DNA of 63,501 nucleotides. It comes from Ruditapes philippinarum (lineage: Eukaryota). Location of the stretch: assembly GCF_026571515.1 (NCBI RefSeq), contig NW_026865652.1:1-63501 (forward strand), given 5' to 3'. A program made the translations under genes and the position numbers. The notes under the pieces were generated by a model, which worked only from the letters and a program-made list of their open reading frames with translations, was not told the origin of the DNA and did no database searches. Shown here in pieces: positions 1 through 13,400 of the stretch (positions are counted from its first letter, which is position 1; every line of letters begins with the position of its first letter).

Positions 1-237
1 AACTGTAGTACCCATTAATCTCCCCAAAATCTTTATTTAGAGTTTTTTTAAATACAAATTTTATTTTAAAAGCATTATGTTCATTTGAATCTGTTATATT
101 CAATCTGGTACGTACATGCAGCGCTTCCGGCCCGACCTCACTCAAACCCTGATTTTTTGTAGGCAAAATTAACTATCGCTACAAGAGTTGTTTATTGTGT
201 TCGTTTTCTACATGTACAATGATTTATGTTGACGCAG

Positions 238-1546
238 GTGGACCCCATGTTTCCTGATATACCTTGCCTCTACTATACCTGCTATATGGCTTCTACAACT
301 GAACCAATACGACCGTTTCAAGAATCCCAGCAAGTGGACAACAACTGTCACTCCTCTACCTGTAACCGCCACAAGCTCTACACCTGTAACGAACGTGACA
401 GTTAATGGTACGGATGTGCCAATACAGAATACAACATTTGTCACAGACATGTTGAATTTTACCACGATTAATACAACCATTACAACAACACCAGAACCTG
501 ATGAGGTAAATACATTTTAGACAGGAATTGTACTCTCACATGTAATGTTATTATAGTACCATCATAATTACTGTACTTGAAAAATAGTTCCATCATAGTT
601 ACTGTGCTTGAAAAATAGTACTTTCATAATCACTATACTTGCAAATACTTGCATGCTTTGAAGCAAGTGTCTCTTACTGAATGATTCACCAGCATTTTAT
701 CAGAATTACAAATACAATGTATTTATAGTCTCGCATGTGCGTACTAGTTCAGCTATATCTTTTACAATGAGTGGTATTCTAATATGATTTTGATTTTCAG
801 GGCCGTTTCTTTATATTCAAAATTTCATATTGTATTTTAAAAAAGGAATAATTATATGCACCTTGTATGTGAATTATTTTTACTCGAAATACTCAATACC
901 CGGTATTTCATCACTCCTTACCATGCAATTTTACCATTTCTACCAAACAGTTTTATTTGAAGGACTTTAAAATGATTATGTTTATTCACAGCCTGTTTTC
1001 GGCACATTAAACAATGATGTATGGGTTATCATAGTTGAGGAATCGCTTGTATACCTGCTTGTCTTCAGTCGATGGCTGCTTCCACGTGGTGAAGTCTCGC
1101 GAGATTTCCTAGCCGATTTATTGCTAGAGTTCCTGGCTATTGCATCTGACATAATGGAATTGCTGGCAGTTTTCGACGAAGAAGATGTTCGAAGTAATTT
1201 GAAGCTTACCTACGTTATATTGGCTGTTTGGTCAGCGAGTTTCATTCAGTTCATTCCTATATTTATGCAGAAAAAACGATTTCGTAGGGCACGTTCCCCG
1301 AATGTTGAGTTCCTAACAAGGCATTGTGGGGACAAGTTCATTGAGATTGTGGTAACATGTATGAGTATCTTCCTACAAGATTTACCTTTCCTTGTAGTGA
1401 GGTTATACATCATTATAGAGGTTAACCTGATTACATACAGTCTGATATTCTTCTTGTTGAAGAACATTGTAACTTTGATGTTATTGTTCTACAGGTTAGG
1501 TATTCTCTGCTACCGACTTCCGCACTGCAAAGGAAAACCCGCATAA
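238..1546 (+). CDS. TMEM26: TMEM26-family membrane protein, paralogue 1 (5'-partial; exons 238-505, 992-1546)
   Basis: AG/GT-bounded, phase-compatible exons encode WTPCFLIYLASTIPAIWLLQL, SRWLLPRGEVSRDFLADLLLEFLAIASDIMEL and LQDLPFLVVRLY...LIFFLLKN, matching TMEM26 family motifs (RWLLP, ADI.E, QD.PF..RL, FF..KN). First coding exon lies upstream of the window. Confidence 0.85.
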
Positions 1547-1739
1547 ATACAACCATAGTTATACAATGTTACCATATGTAATTATATATTACTAGTACCA
1601 TTAATAGAATATAATTAAGTATTATACTGAAATTATATAGCTGTTCAATATAAACATGTAACTGTTGATCCAAATACCGCCATTTTATAAATGCGCATGG
1701 GAATAGGTCATTCATCTGGATACGTTATGCTGTATTTGG

Positions 1740-1935
1740 TTTTTGTTTCCGGTTTGATTTAATTAAAGTAAAGTCGACAAAAAGTGACTCGACTACCCAT
1801 TGTTATTGGTGAAGGAAGACCGCAGGTATCCGTCTGTTACAGCGGTCCCTGGTGGGATTTGAACATACAGGAGCGGTGATGGACAGATGATGAAAGTTAA
1901 GCCATCAACGTAAGCTAACAGGACAAAGAGGTCTC
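1740..1935 (-). mobile_element. Decayed tRNA-derived (Meta-type) SINE
   Basis: ggtgaaggaagacc and ggtgggatttgaac segments resemble the better copy at 21893-22103. Confidence 0.45.
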
Positions 1936-2618
1936 TGAACGATACAATGCATATTTCGTATGAATCTGCAGATTGTGTAAAACCTACATATAGCTGGACT
2001 GTTGATACTTGTACTGGAATAAAAAGTTTCTACAACAAACAATATTGAAGAAAGCTCCTGATACACTGATAATGGACAAGTGCATAAACAAAAAAAATAT
2101 TTTATTTCATCTGTATAGAGCAGAATTGTTTTTTTTTTATTTTGTATGGTATTACATTGTTATTCTAAAATATATATGTCTATATTTATAAATGAACTGA
2201 TGTTTCGTTGTTTGTCGTCTGATGGTTTGAATAAAATCGTCAGATTTCTAATTCGTATATTGCAATGTTTACATTCCTCTTTCTTACGTACATTATATTT
2301 ACGCGCATTTAATTTCGATACTTATATTTCACCATCTGCACGTCTTTCAAAATTCCCATACAAATTTGAATAAAAAGTATTCACGCTGTTTTCGTTGCAT
2401 TGTAACACAACAGGTAGAGAGTTATTTTATACACCAAAATTGAGATAAATGGATATAAGTTTATATAAAAAAGAAAATATCAATCTTTATCAAGAGCTGA
2501 ATCTTAACATACAATTATTAACATTTTTCTCTCCAAAAGCTTTTCAAAATTGTTTAGATATGCATTTATTTCTATTTGCCAGACAGCATTCTGTTTAGTC
2601 TATATTTGGGAACTAATT

Positions 2619-5600
2619 CAATGGTAGGATACTACGTCATCGCGCACCTGCTGAATGCTCCCACTTGGACCATTTTTTCGTCGATTCGAAGGTAAAATAC
2701 AATTTTATTATAAGAAAACGTAAGAGTATTAAAAAATCATGTAGCGCACCAAAGAATGGCTATAGTACTTGAGATAATTGATAAAAAAGTTTATAGATTT
2801 ATTGCCTGGTTTAAGCCTGAAAACGGGATTAAGTGTTTTTTCTCTGAATGCTCCCACTCGGACTTTTCCCGAAACATATGAAATAAGGTTGAAAACCTTC
2901 TTGAAAATTATTTTTAACGTACCGGAACATAAACCGAGTCATGTTTATCCATTTTTTCTAGATTAGTTTCAGATATTTCCATTCAGAAATCAGTTTTTCT
3001 TAATTCTTTTTATAAAAATTGAAAATGCTCCCACTCGGACTCATCTTCAGAGATGCTCCCACTCGGACCTAAATAAAGACATATTTTGAAAGCACATTGC
3101 TGTGTTAAGAATTTATTATTTTTTCAAAATATCTTCATATTCAAGTTCATATATTCATATTATCAGTTAGAATTCAATGAAACAGCATTTTTAAAATACG
3201 ATACTAATATTTAGATCAGTAAATTGTGACATATTGTATCATAACAGTCTCGTAAATATGTCTTCTAGCTGCCTAAGAATAAGGAAAAAAAGGTTGTGTT
3301 TAAATAATTCCTCGTTAAATAGAGTCGCTGAAATAAGAAAAAATTGATTATACATTTTAAAAATATAATAACGTTTTGTTTTGCAGAAAGTATTTGTGAT
3401 TGTGACCAGTATGAGAAAAGGTATAAACCACATTGCGACGTAAGGAAGCACATGGCAGGACACCTTGACACGGCATAGCTGGAGCAAATATTTTAGATAC
3501 CAACTGTGGATATATCTCAGTGAGGAGGAATACTCTAGAAAACACAAGATTTGTAGCTCTTTGAAGTAATTGTCTTTTGTTCAGTTTTTGCGTTAATCAT
3601 TGGGCAATGTGTCATAAAGGATCAATTTATCTGAAACTTCACTGGAGGATAGATATACCACAAACAAGAATGACAACTCTCCAGGTTTGGAGTTTTTGCT
3701 TTTTGTATTCACTATGATTAGTTTGCAAGGACCATACCTCTAAAGGTATTTGAGATATAAACTTGAAACTTTATATTGAACAAAACTTCCGTATGCTGTT
3801 TTTAATTTAAGAAAACAACACTGGGACAGTGCAGATAGAAGTGAACTAGCAGAGCATAATGCCCAGAAGTGTTCACTTAATGCTTCTTTGTTGTTTTTTC
3901 TTTGTTGTTTTTTCATGGGAGTGTTATTTTTGTCATGATTTATTATTTCTAGGCTATAACTTTTCATTAATTTTCACGAGTGTCATTACTTGGATTTTTA
4001 CATGTATGTAAGGGTTACTTCCCCTATGAAATGTATTTCCTCCTTTTCGGCGGGGGATTTTACTGTCTGTGATTCCTCCTTGTATGATTGTTATTATTTT
4101 AACGTCATTTAAATATCCTAAAATTAACTTTGGTTTTATATAATAAATATAATGCTCAAATGAAGATTTATCAATATTGTATGTTCCAAAAAGCATTATT
4201 TTTAAAGATAATACCGAATTAATATTTCATAAAGGGAGGTAATTTAAGAAATATATTTTCTTTTAAGTGTAAGTTGAATTCTTAAATAAGAAATGAATGC
4301 ATACATGTATATTTTAATCATTACATATAATGTGGACAAGCATTTGCAGTAAGTATTTCACATATTCCTTAATGTTTGAAAATTGTTTTAGAAGCATAAT
4401 TATATACATATATATAAAATTTCAATTGTAATTACCAAGATATGGTAAAGACTGTGATAAAGAAATAACTGTGATCTTTGTTTTCTTATTTATTTAATTT
4501 TGTTATTTTAGGTAAAAATACGTACATATGATAACTTTCATACTTAAAAATGTCAAAGTTGTCAATAATTGTGATGCATGCTTTATATGCCATGGTATGG
4601 CAGTACATTGACTTTTTAACCAGTTCATGACAAAAATGATTCACATGTTGTTCTTTAATAAACTATACAAAACAGCCGATAGATATTGACTTCTTTATGT
4701 TCATAAACGTACTATTATGTTGTTATAAAATCTAAATCACAAGTTTAACAAACACGCAAATCATTGGGTTTTAAATTATTAATAACAAGATATTAAAGTC
4801 AGCAATTATTGAATAAATGCAGGCCTCTAATATGTGTACGAGTCCAACAGAATCTTAATCCAGTATGGTACTAAACAATGTATAATGACTTCTTTATAAA
4901 GCACCACCATTGTTTAAACATCTCAAAAAAAAACTTTATTCTTGAGATCCAAACTGTTCATTTAAAGTCTTATAGTCCTATCTTTGTTGTTGGCAATAAT
5001 TTTGAATCATCCCTTCGGATCCAACATAAGCCAAGTGCACCTTTTTGTAAAGTGATCCTGTCAGTTGAAACTTTGCCATGGCACCGGGTCCCCCCAACGA
5101 CGTAAGAAGTGATCTCTGTAAAAAGAAGTGTAAAAAGAAGTAAAAGTTAATGTCGCAAAACTAGTTATTGACAAAATGTTTTAAAAATTGTAAGAATAAT
5201 CCATAAAAGCTTGGCACATCAATGTGCTTTCAAAATGTATATAGTTGGGTCCAAGTGGGAGCATCTCTGAAATCGAGTCCAAGTGGGAGCATTTTCCATT
5301 TTTATAAAAAAAACTTTCAAAAACTGACTTTTGAATAGACATATTTGAAACTAATCTGGAAAAATGTGTAAACATGACTCGGTTTATATTCCGGTACGTT
5401 AAAATAATTTTCAAGAAGGTTTTCAACCTTATTTCTTATATGTTTCGGGAAAAGTCCGAGTGGGAGCATTCAGAGAAAAACACTTATCCCGTTTTCAGGC
5501 TTAAACCAGGCAATGAATCTATAAACTTTTTTTACAATTATCTCAAGTACTATAGCCATTCTTTGGTGCGCTACATGATTTTTTAATACTTTTACGTTTT

Positions 5601-5696
5601 CTTATAATAAAATTGTATTTTACCTTCGAATCGACGAAAAAATGGTCCAAGTGGGAGCATTCAGCAGGTGCGCGATGACGTAGTATCCTACCATTG
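2619..5696. mobile_element. Non-autonomous DNA transposon with ~490-bp TIRs and 5-bp TSD (hAT5-like?)
   Basis: 2619-~3115 is the reverse complement of ~5205-5696; termini CAATGGTAGG...CCTACCATTG; TAATT at 2614-2618 and 5697-5701; no transposase ORF. Confidence 0.85.
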
Positions 5697-8372
5697 TAAT
5701 TTATCATCATTTTAACTGAATGACAATGTAACCGTTTCATTGCCTATAGCATAGATAGAATTACGTCTAATGACTGTCTGGAAATTTGATGAACCTATAA
5801 TTGTCCTGTCTTATAATAACCAAGTAATTTGTTTGATAATTTAACCGTATGACGGACCTGTCACTTCTAGCTGTGTCTTTTTTTACATAATGAATCACCC
5901 AATTTTTTTATAAAAGAAATGGTTTGTTATTTATGTGATGAAACAGTATAAACATTTACTTACTTCCGTTAAATGAGCTTCCGGTTTTAATGGGATATGA
6001 CGTATATAGCATCCATACCTTTATGTAACACCTGTATGCATCCAACAACGAACTTTACGTTTGTCCTCCGCACAGCACGGTGTCATTTTTGCGCCACAAC
6101 CATGTTGGATATGTTCAGTTCGAACTAAAGTAGCACTCAGTTTCATAATTTGTATATGTCCCCGTAGGCGAAACCAGTACTTTGGGTTAAATATTTTAAA
6201 GGAGTAAGATCAAAGTTTCCAAATGCCTGGTACATTATGTAATTTACTTGAAGAACAACTCTTCATATCCTGGGCATTTTGCGGAGTTTCATCATTGGTA
6301 TATGTCCTTGTAAAGCGAGATTCGTAGTTTTAGGATGAACACATCTGCGGTAGTCAAAATATATTGACGTGCCAAAGCTTGATTCTGAGATATTTTCGTT
6401 CTGGGGCAGAATCTCGCTTTAACGTCAAAACCAAAAGGAGACCTTTCTGTGGTGAAACGTGGATTTCGATGTTAATGTAAAAATGCAGACAATTTAAACT
6501 AAGAATCTATTCAACAATACAATTTTAAGGAATCAACAGCACAAAAAGTGCTAGACAATCAACTTAGAAGAAAGTAAACCACGTTAGTTTCATTTCACCG
6601 TCTTGTTTGTGTACTAACGCCGCCATATTGTGATGTTGCCACAGTAATGAAACATGTACGCTAAAAATCGATATTGTTCGGTACCGTGCGTGAATGTTGT
6701 CATTTTTTGCGTGGCAAAAAAAATATGAAAAACTGTTAAACAGTGCTTATTATTCTTTAATGTTGTTATTATTAATTATATTTATTGCTACATTAAAATA
6801 AATCGCCAGGAAATAATCTTTAACTATTTTTTCTAATTGATTTAAATCTTTAAAATGATGCGGAGAAACTTTTAATTTAGACCTCTTTTTTATAAACATG
6901 TTTATCAAAGGATAAACAAATACTGTATTTCATTAAAATTTATATTGTCACCACTCTGTAGTATTATCTATGTTAGAATAATTATGTAAGTAATAACTTG
7001 CTGCGTATTAAAATCAGCAACTCCTTGCCTAGGAAAGTTTTGTTTTCCAAACGTGCATTACGCTATGATTCAATTGGTAAATTCTTGCGTTAATTTTTCA
7101 TTCCTTAACAGTTTTCAGAAAAGTAAAACTCGTTACTCCGAGCGCCCATTTTTCGTTTGTCTGCGTGTACATGTACCATTTATCCGTGTAATAAAAGACT
7201 GTAATCATAGCATGGCGTAATGGCCTGGATATTTGGGTGTTGTTTAAGCGATGTTCCAGAAAAGGTTTTGTTCCAGTGTAGAAAATATATTCAACCATAT
7301 ATTTATTTTTGAAACGTTACGTGTCAACTATTCCACAACGCCGACACCGGTACGCTGACCAATATAAATTTCGGAAATGTTGACACTGCGCAATTCTGTT
7401 TCTTCCTTACTTAAATTCTTTGTGTCAACTTAAGATTTATAAGATTTAAGTTTTAAATAAATTTGATTTATAGATAAGTATTTAAATTGGAGCCGTGATT
7501 CCTATCCGGAATCAGTTAAACAATTTTCCATGCTGACATGGTCCAAATTGTAAAGAAAAGTTATTTTTAGATTGTAATTACATGTATTTATTATTCAATT
7601 TATAATTATAAATATGCTTGATGATTCATTTTAAAGATGATAATCTTATGCCTAAATTTCTTTCTATAATTCATTTATGAAAATTGTTTAAACGGTGGTA
7701 AGAATTTAAATGTGTTACGGTCACGAGTTTCCTCGGTATATTAATTTAATTCCCGGCTCTGAATTAACGCAAGATATATACCAACTTTTTAAGTTTTGAG
7801 TTGTGACATTAAATATTTAGGAACTATCTTCTGGTTTTCTATCTAAATTCACTAAAAGGTTAAAAATTATTGAAAAAAAAGAACTGAAGAGGCGCCGTGT
7901 TTTCTTGCCGATTTTAAAAGTTCGTTTTCCAAAGCAACAACTTTAATACTTGGGGCAGTAGCAATCTGTATCATATTATTGTTTAAAATGAGTAAACGTG
8001 TTGCATTACCCTTAAATCTTATATGATTGGACAAGAATCAAAGAAATCACAGACACTTTGGGTGTGGAGCTCAAAACGCCTTTAAAATCCAAATGAGATG
8101 TATATTTGTCAACGTCGGGGTGCCACGTTTGAATTTGTCGAAAGATTTTGTAAATGGAGTAAAACGGCGATAATCTCGATGTTTATTTCGGCTGTTGCGT
8201 TGTTTATATTGATGTGGAAGTTTAAAATTGACCATCATCATGAATAATTATATCTTCTGTGTCTGTGGGCCAAAGGATTATGTGAAAATATTGGAAACGG
8301 AATAAAATACATGGGTTTTTTTTTTGGACGGTAGGTGTGCGGATTTTTTCCGGCGAACATTTTTATCTTGTG

Positions 8373-9770
8373 TAATAATAATAATAATATCTTTATTTAA
8401 AGAAGGTTACACATTAAGAACATACAATAACAATCATATATATCTTATTTCCAATGTGGCCTTCTGAAATAGAAAACAACAACAACAACAACAACAACAG
8501 GACATGCATAGGTAGAAAAATGAATGTATAATATGTAATATTTAGAATATTACAACTCATATACTTTCGACAGACACTCAACAATTTGTTTTAACATATA
8601 CGTATATTGCATCATTCGTTCGTTCGTTCATTCGTTCGTTCATTTATTAATTAATTAATTCATTCATGCATTCATTCATTCATTCACTCACTCACTCATT
8701 CATTCATATGAACATCAAGATATGCTTTGTATTTTTCTTTAAAACATTTAAGGTTATTAACATTACGAATATTTAAAGGTATATTGTTCCAAATGTTCAT
8801 GCCATAATAAGAAAATGTGTCTTTAATATAGTTTGTTTTAGGTCTTGTCCATAATACAATATCTTTTCGTGACCTAGATCTTAAGTTATATATTTTGTTG
8901 TCGGATAAAGTCATCAGTTCTGTCATATAAGTCGGTGCCATGTTATTTAAAGTTTTAAAAACAAGCACCGCCGTGTGGTATTTACATCTGTCAAGGAACG
9001 GTAACCAGTTAAGAGTTTCGAATAGATTTATTGACGGAGATCTTTGTGGTTGCTGTAAAATGATTTTAGCAATTCGTTTTTGTAATTTACAAACATTATT
9101 TATGTAGTTTGTGTTTCCTTTACCCCATATAATACAACAATAGTCCATAATGGGCAATATATATGCATTGTAAAACAATAATTTCATATCAAAGTGCAAA
9201 AAATACGATATCTTTTTCAATAAGGCAATTTTTCCGTTAAGTTTTTTACAAACATTGTCAATTTGCAAGTGCCATTTTAAGTTGTCATCTATGCAGATAC
9301 CCAAGACTTTGTGATCAGTTACATTTTCAAGAGCTATTTCATTTATCTTAAGATACAATTTTCTCATAATATTTACTTTTTGTCTTGTTCCTATTACCAT
9401 ACATTTTGATTTATCTGGATTTAAGGCCATATTATTTATTTTGCACCATTTGTCAATGTTATTTAAATGATCTTGAAGTTTTATTTCTACTTTTGATATA
9501 TTTTCTCCGGACTCATAAAGAGTAGAATCGTCTGCGTATAAATCAATTTTTATATCATTACCAATGAAAGCTATGTCATTTATGTATATTAGAAATAATA
9601 AAGGTCCTAATATTGAGCCTTGTGGAACACCGGAAATTATTTTCATTGTCTGAGATTGAAGATTACCTATCTTAACCAGTTGTATTCTGTTAGAAAGATA
9701 TGACTTAAAAAACTTAACGACATTTTCAGAAAAATGATAAAGTTTAAGTTTATGCAAAAGTATATTATTG
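8373..9770 (-). mobile_element. 5'-truncated CR1/L2-group LINE, copy 1
   Basis: RT ORF 8696-9757; 3' UTR with GAAT/GAAC and GTT microsatellites, AATAAA and a (TTA)n tail; near-identical to 35164-36240. Confidence 0.9.
8696..9757 (-). CDS. LINE ORF2 C-terminal part (reverse transcriptase), truncated
   Basis: GVPQGSILGPLLFLIYIND, LYADD, YNLRS and FSY.G...WN.IP motifs typical of CR1/L2-group RT. Confidence 0.9.
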   Translation of the reverse strand: MHKLKLYHFSENVVKFFKSYLSNRIQLVKIGNLQSQTMKIISGVPQGSILGPLLFLIYINDIAFIGNDIKIDLYADDSTLYESGENISKVEIKLQDHLNNIDKWCKINNMALNPDKSKCMVIGTRQKVNIMRKLYLKINEIALENVTDHKVLGICIDDNLKWHLQIDNVCKKLNGKIALLKKISYFLHFDMKLLFYNAYILPIMDYCCIIWGKGNTNYINNVCKLQKRIAKIILQQPQRSPSINLFETLNWLPFLDRCKYHTAVLVFKTLNNMAPTYMTELMTLSDNKIYNLRSRSRKDIVLWTRPKTNYIKDTFSYYGMNIWNNIPLNIRNVNNLKCFKEKYKAYLDVHMNE

Positions 9771-10408
9771 TATTATTATAGATTATATTATTATAGATTA
9801 TTGTGTATTATTATAGATGTTGAAATATGAATTTTTTTTTCAAAACGGCTTATATTAAGTATTTTTATATATATTAACATGATCAGTACATGTGTTGGGA
9901 TTGACAAATATGCATTTCTTTATTTTAAAATCGTTTCGAGCTCCACACCCTACACCTCTGTGAAAGAAATTAGCGGCGCAGCGTTTTGTTTATGTAACAT
10001 TGTAAAATAACCGCCTTGATTCTTCAAATCGCACTTCGCCATGCGTGTATTTTATAAAAGAAAATAATTTCTAAGACGGCATAAAAGTGAAATGTATGGA
10101 ATAAATCTTTACTGTATACCAACATTATGAAAGTCTTTTGCAAAACAAAAAACAACAAACAAACAAAAAATGAAGCGGGCACCTGTTTCATGAAATAAAT
10201 TTCCGAGTATTTTTCCCTGTACCACGGTCATCATAAAACAATTTCATACCTACGTGTGTGTGCGTGTGTGTGTGTTTTTCTTTCTATAAACATCTTCAGC
10301 TTTTTGGAATAAACTAGCAAGAATTATGAAACTGCGTGGATAAGAAAATAAAAAAAAACAAAATTACATGGAATGTTATTTCCGCACATACATGTATAAT
10401 GTCGAGGC

Positions 10409-10463
10409 ACCGCGTTTGACATTTATTCGTTTTATACCGCGTTTGACATTTATTCGTTTTATT
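10409..10463. repeat. Perfect 27-bp tandem duplication
   Basis: ACCGCGTTTGACATTTATTCGTTTTAT occurs twice in tandem. Confidence 0.85.
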
Positions 10464-13400
10464 ATTGATAAAAAATATTTTGAACATTTAAAATACCGTT
10501 TAATAGTTAATCAACATTAATATAAATAACAGACTGTCAAATTCCTTAGAATGGCGTCCTCTCGTAGTCGCTAAGGCACTAGGAATCCGTTCGTTCCTCT
10601 TTAAACATATAAACCTCGTGTTTCTGCTATAACATATTCCTATTTTCATCATAATCGTGGGGGAAAAAATCTATAGTTACCAATAGATCCCATGTCCTAA
10701 ATTTACTGGGAAAGCTGAACAAAATATTTTTTTTATAAACTAAAAAATAATTTGTGAGGAGTCCATTTACAGAGTAGCTTTTCTAAAAAGATAATGATGA
10801 TTCAGATATTTCTAAGAACGCTCTGACAATAACGAATAAGTTTTGCATCTGCCCCAATAAAATAATATTTTCATCCTTTCATAGTTATTTTTTTTTTGTT
10901 TCATAAATAAATGTCTTAAATACTTTAAACTTGATATTTTACTAAGAGTGTTTCGGCGTTTATCAGTAACGCAGTACCGCATACACACCAGTGTAGTAAT
11001 CAACAGTGTATTTGTCACGTGACATTAGCGGCGATGTCTTTATTTTGATGGTTCATGTGTTTACTTTTCTATCAAAATCTTTATGGTAGGAATATTTTTA
11101 CGAATAAAACATGAAATTGATGTAGAAATGAATAATCTTTAAAGGTATCGTAACAAATTTATTCAAATATGAATTCTAATACGATTTTAGACGGTCCAAA
11201 GCTTGCGCTGAAAATCTCGGCGCAAATTTCACCACAGAAAAGGTACTTTTTATGTTGTACGTAGAGGCGAGATATTGCCCAGACACGAAAATAGCACAAT
11301 ATCTCGTCGCGCAGTACAATTAGTTGGACTAACATCTGCGGATGTTTCTAAATTTGTGTTTAAATGATGAATTCTGCCAATCGAACCAAGCCTGCAACAT
11401 TTTCAATTTTGCCGTGTTTGGGTTTTCTTTAGGGATTCGTTTTTTTCTATTTTGTATTTCCAAGCAGTACAGTAAGCTGGTGTATAAAAGTTGTCTTAAC
11501 GTCTCGTCATACCCTGATATAACACGACGTACCTTCATCATTATTTATTCACTCGCGTGTTTAGATTGAGTAGGTTGGAAGCTTCGAATGTCTGTATCAT
11601 ATTAGATACATGGCAAACCTCATGAGAACAACCATAAAGTTAGCACATACTAAACTAATTACTCTTTCCAAGCATGTTCATTTTCTTTTCGATACAATAT
11701 CAATAATTAAGAATATATGCTCATATGATATATACGGCAACCAAATAAACTTGAAAGGTCAATGAATGACATGTAGATAAATCAAATTGCAATTTTTTGT
11801 GTTACATTTGTATATACAAAGGTGTATTGAAAACTCGGCTATATCGATAAAAATAAAAGGGGAGTAAAATTAATTGATTGATTCTTTAAGTTTTGTATCA
11901 GATATTTTATACCCGAATGTAATAAAATGAACATAAATTTTTGTAATTTAGAAAAACACTTACTTTTATAACATGTTATACACGTTTTAATTGATTTTTT
12001 TATAAATAACTTTTGTATGATGAAAATATAAATATCAAATCTGATAGATACGATAGTTTTTCAACCCTTTAATTCACTCTTACAGATAAAAAGATGAATT
12101 CTTTAAAATTGCACGCAACTTGTCTGCTGTTGAGTGAAGGCGCCAGTTGGACTACAATAACCATATGATTATATGATATGATTAAATACAGACATATGAA
12201 TAATTTTATAGCGGATGATCCCAATGTAATGCGTGGTCAGTTCCCACAATTTGATAAAAAATACATGTAGTCTTTTGTATAATTACATTTGACTTTTCGT
12301 CATGTAGTGTTGAAGAAAAACATATCATTTTGTCGTCTGCTGTGATCTTCTCACCTGCAATAAATTTAAAGAGAGTCGTATCATAGTTCATTGTGATTAA
12401 ATATTACATGTTTCGTCACAACTTAAATAAAAGTAATACATGTATACTATATGTTCTTAATATTCGAGACCGAGAATAAATTTTCCTGGAAAATAAAGAG
12501 GACGGTTTGTTAATCTATGTCATCATAAATGTGATCTCCAAAATACACTCATTCCAAAAGAAAATGTGCTCTAGCCTTCTTGAAATTTCTGTATACTTCG
12601 AGCAAGATATTGGCAAATTTGGTATTCGCAGAAAAAATGATTTACTTTGAATTGAAAGAGAAAAAACGCATTTATTATTGTAAATAAATTTTTTTAATGT
12701 ATCATTATTATTGGCGACGCCGGTGAGCGGCGTCGTCTATTATGGAACGCTTTTTATTTTTGCCTATGGAAGGAGCTGTTATTATTAGCAGTTAATTTCA
12801 TGTTGTGTTAATTAGTTTTATTTTGATTCGTAAAAATCAAGTAAACAAATGTGTTGTTATATTTGTATTTAATAACTTTATGTAAAAAGCATGTGCATTG
12901 TGATATTATTTTCACGAAATTGCAGGTTAAGTTTAACAGCTTGTCCCTTAGTTTTAATGACAATACTAAAACCCGGATTTCGAATATCGTTGTGGTCTAG
13001 ATTGAGGCCGTATCAGTTCATTCATTCATTTATACATTTTCAAAATTTTCCTACAAGAAGAAAGTTCACCTGCAATTGAGTATAAGGATAGGTAATGGAA
13101 CTGTTGTAAACGATTATCCTATTGATTTTATCCTTATTACATTTATCTGTTGCGCAGAATGGTTGTTTTTACAAAGTGTACCAGTATCCGGATGTTGAAA
13201 GCTATCCGATTTTCTGCAATTACTGCTGACACATGGCCATCTATTTTTTTTATGAATACTTTACCATTAATTTGCATGGTTTGATAAAACTGAACCTGCA
13301 GCATTTCATAATTTTGCTGTTTAGGGTGTTCTTTTTTTGGGTTTCAGGTTTTCTTTATTGTAAGGGGAAGTAACTCATGTTTACTAAATTATTTGTTCTT

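Larger units (their letters stand above)
8060..9950. mobile_element. MITE-like element with ~29-bp TIRs, interrupted by a LINE
   Basis: GGGTGTGGAGCTCAAAACGCCTTTAAAAT at 8060 versus ATTTTAAAATCGTTTCGAGCTCCACACCC ending 9950; no clean TSD found. Confidence 0.6.

Noticed and set aside
2619-5696. ProtoRAG/Transib identity for the 5-bp-TSD element
   Set aside because: Ends are CAATGG rather than CAC-heptamer-like, and no RAG1-like coding remnant was recognised.
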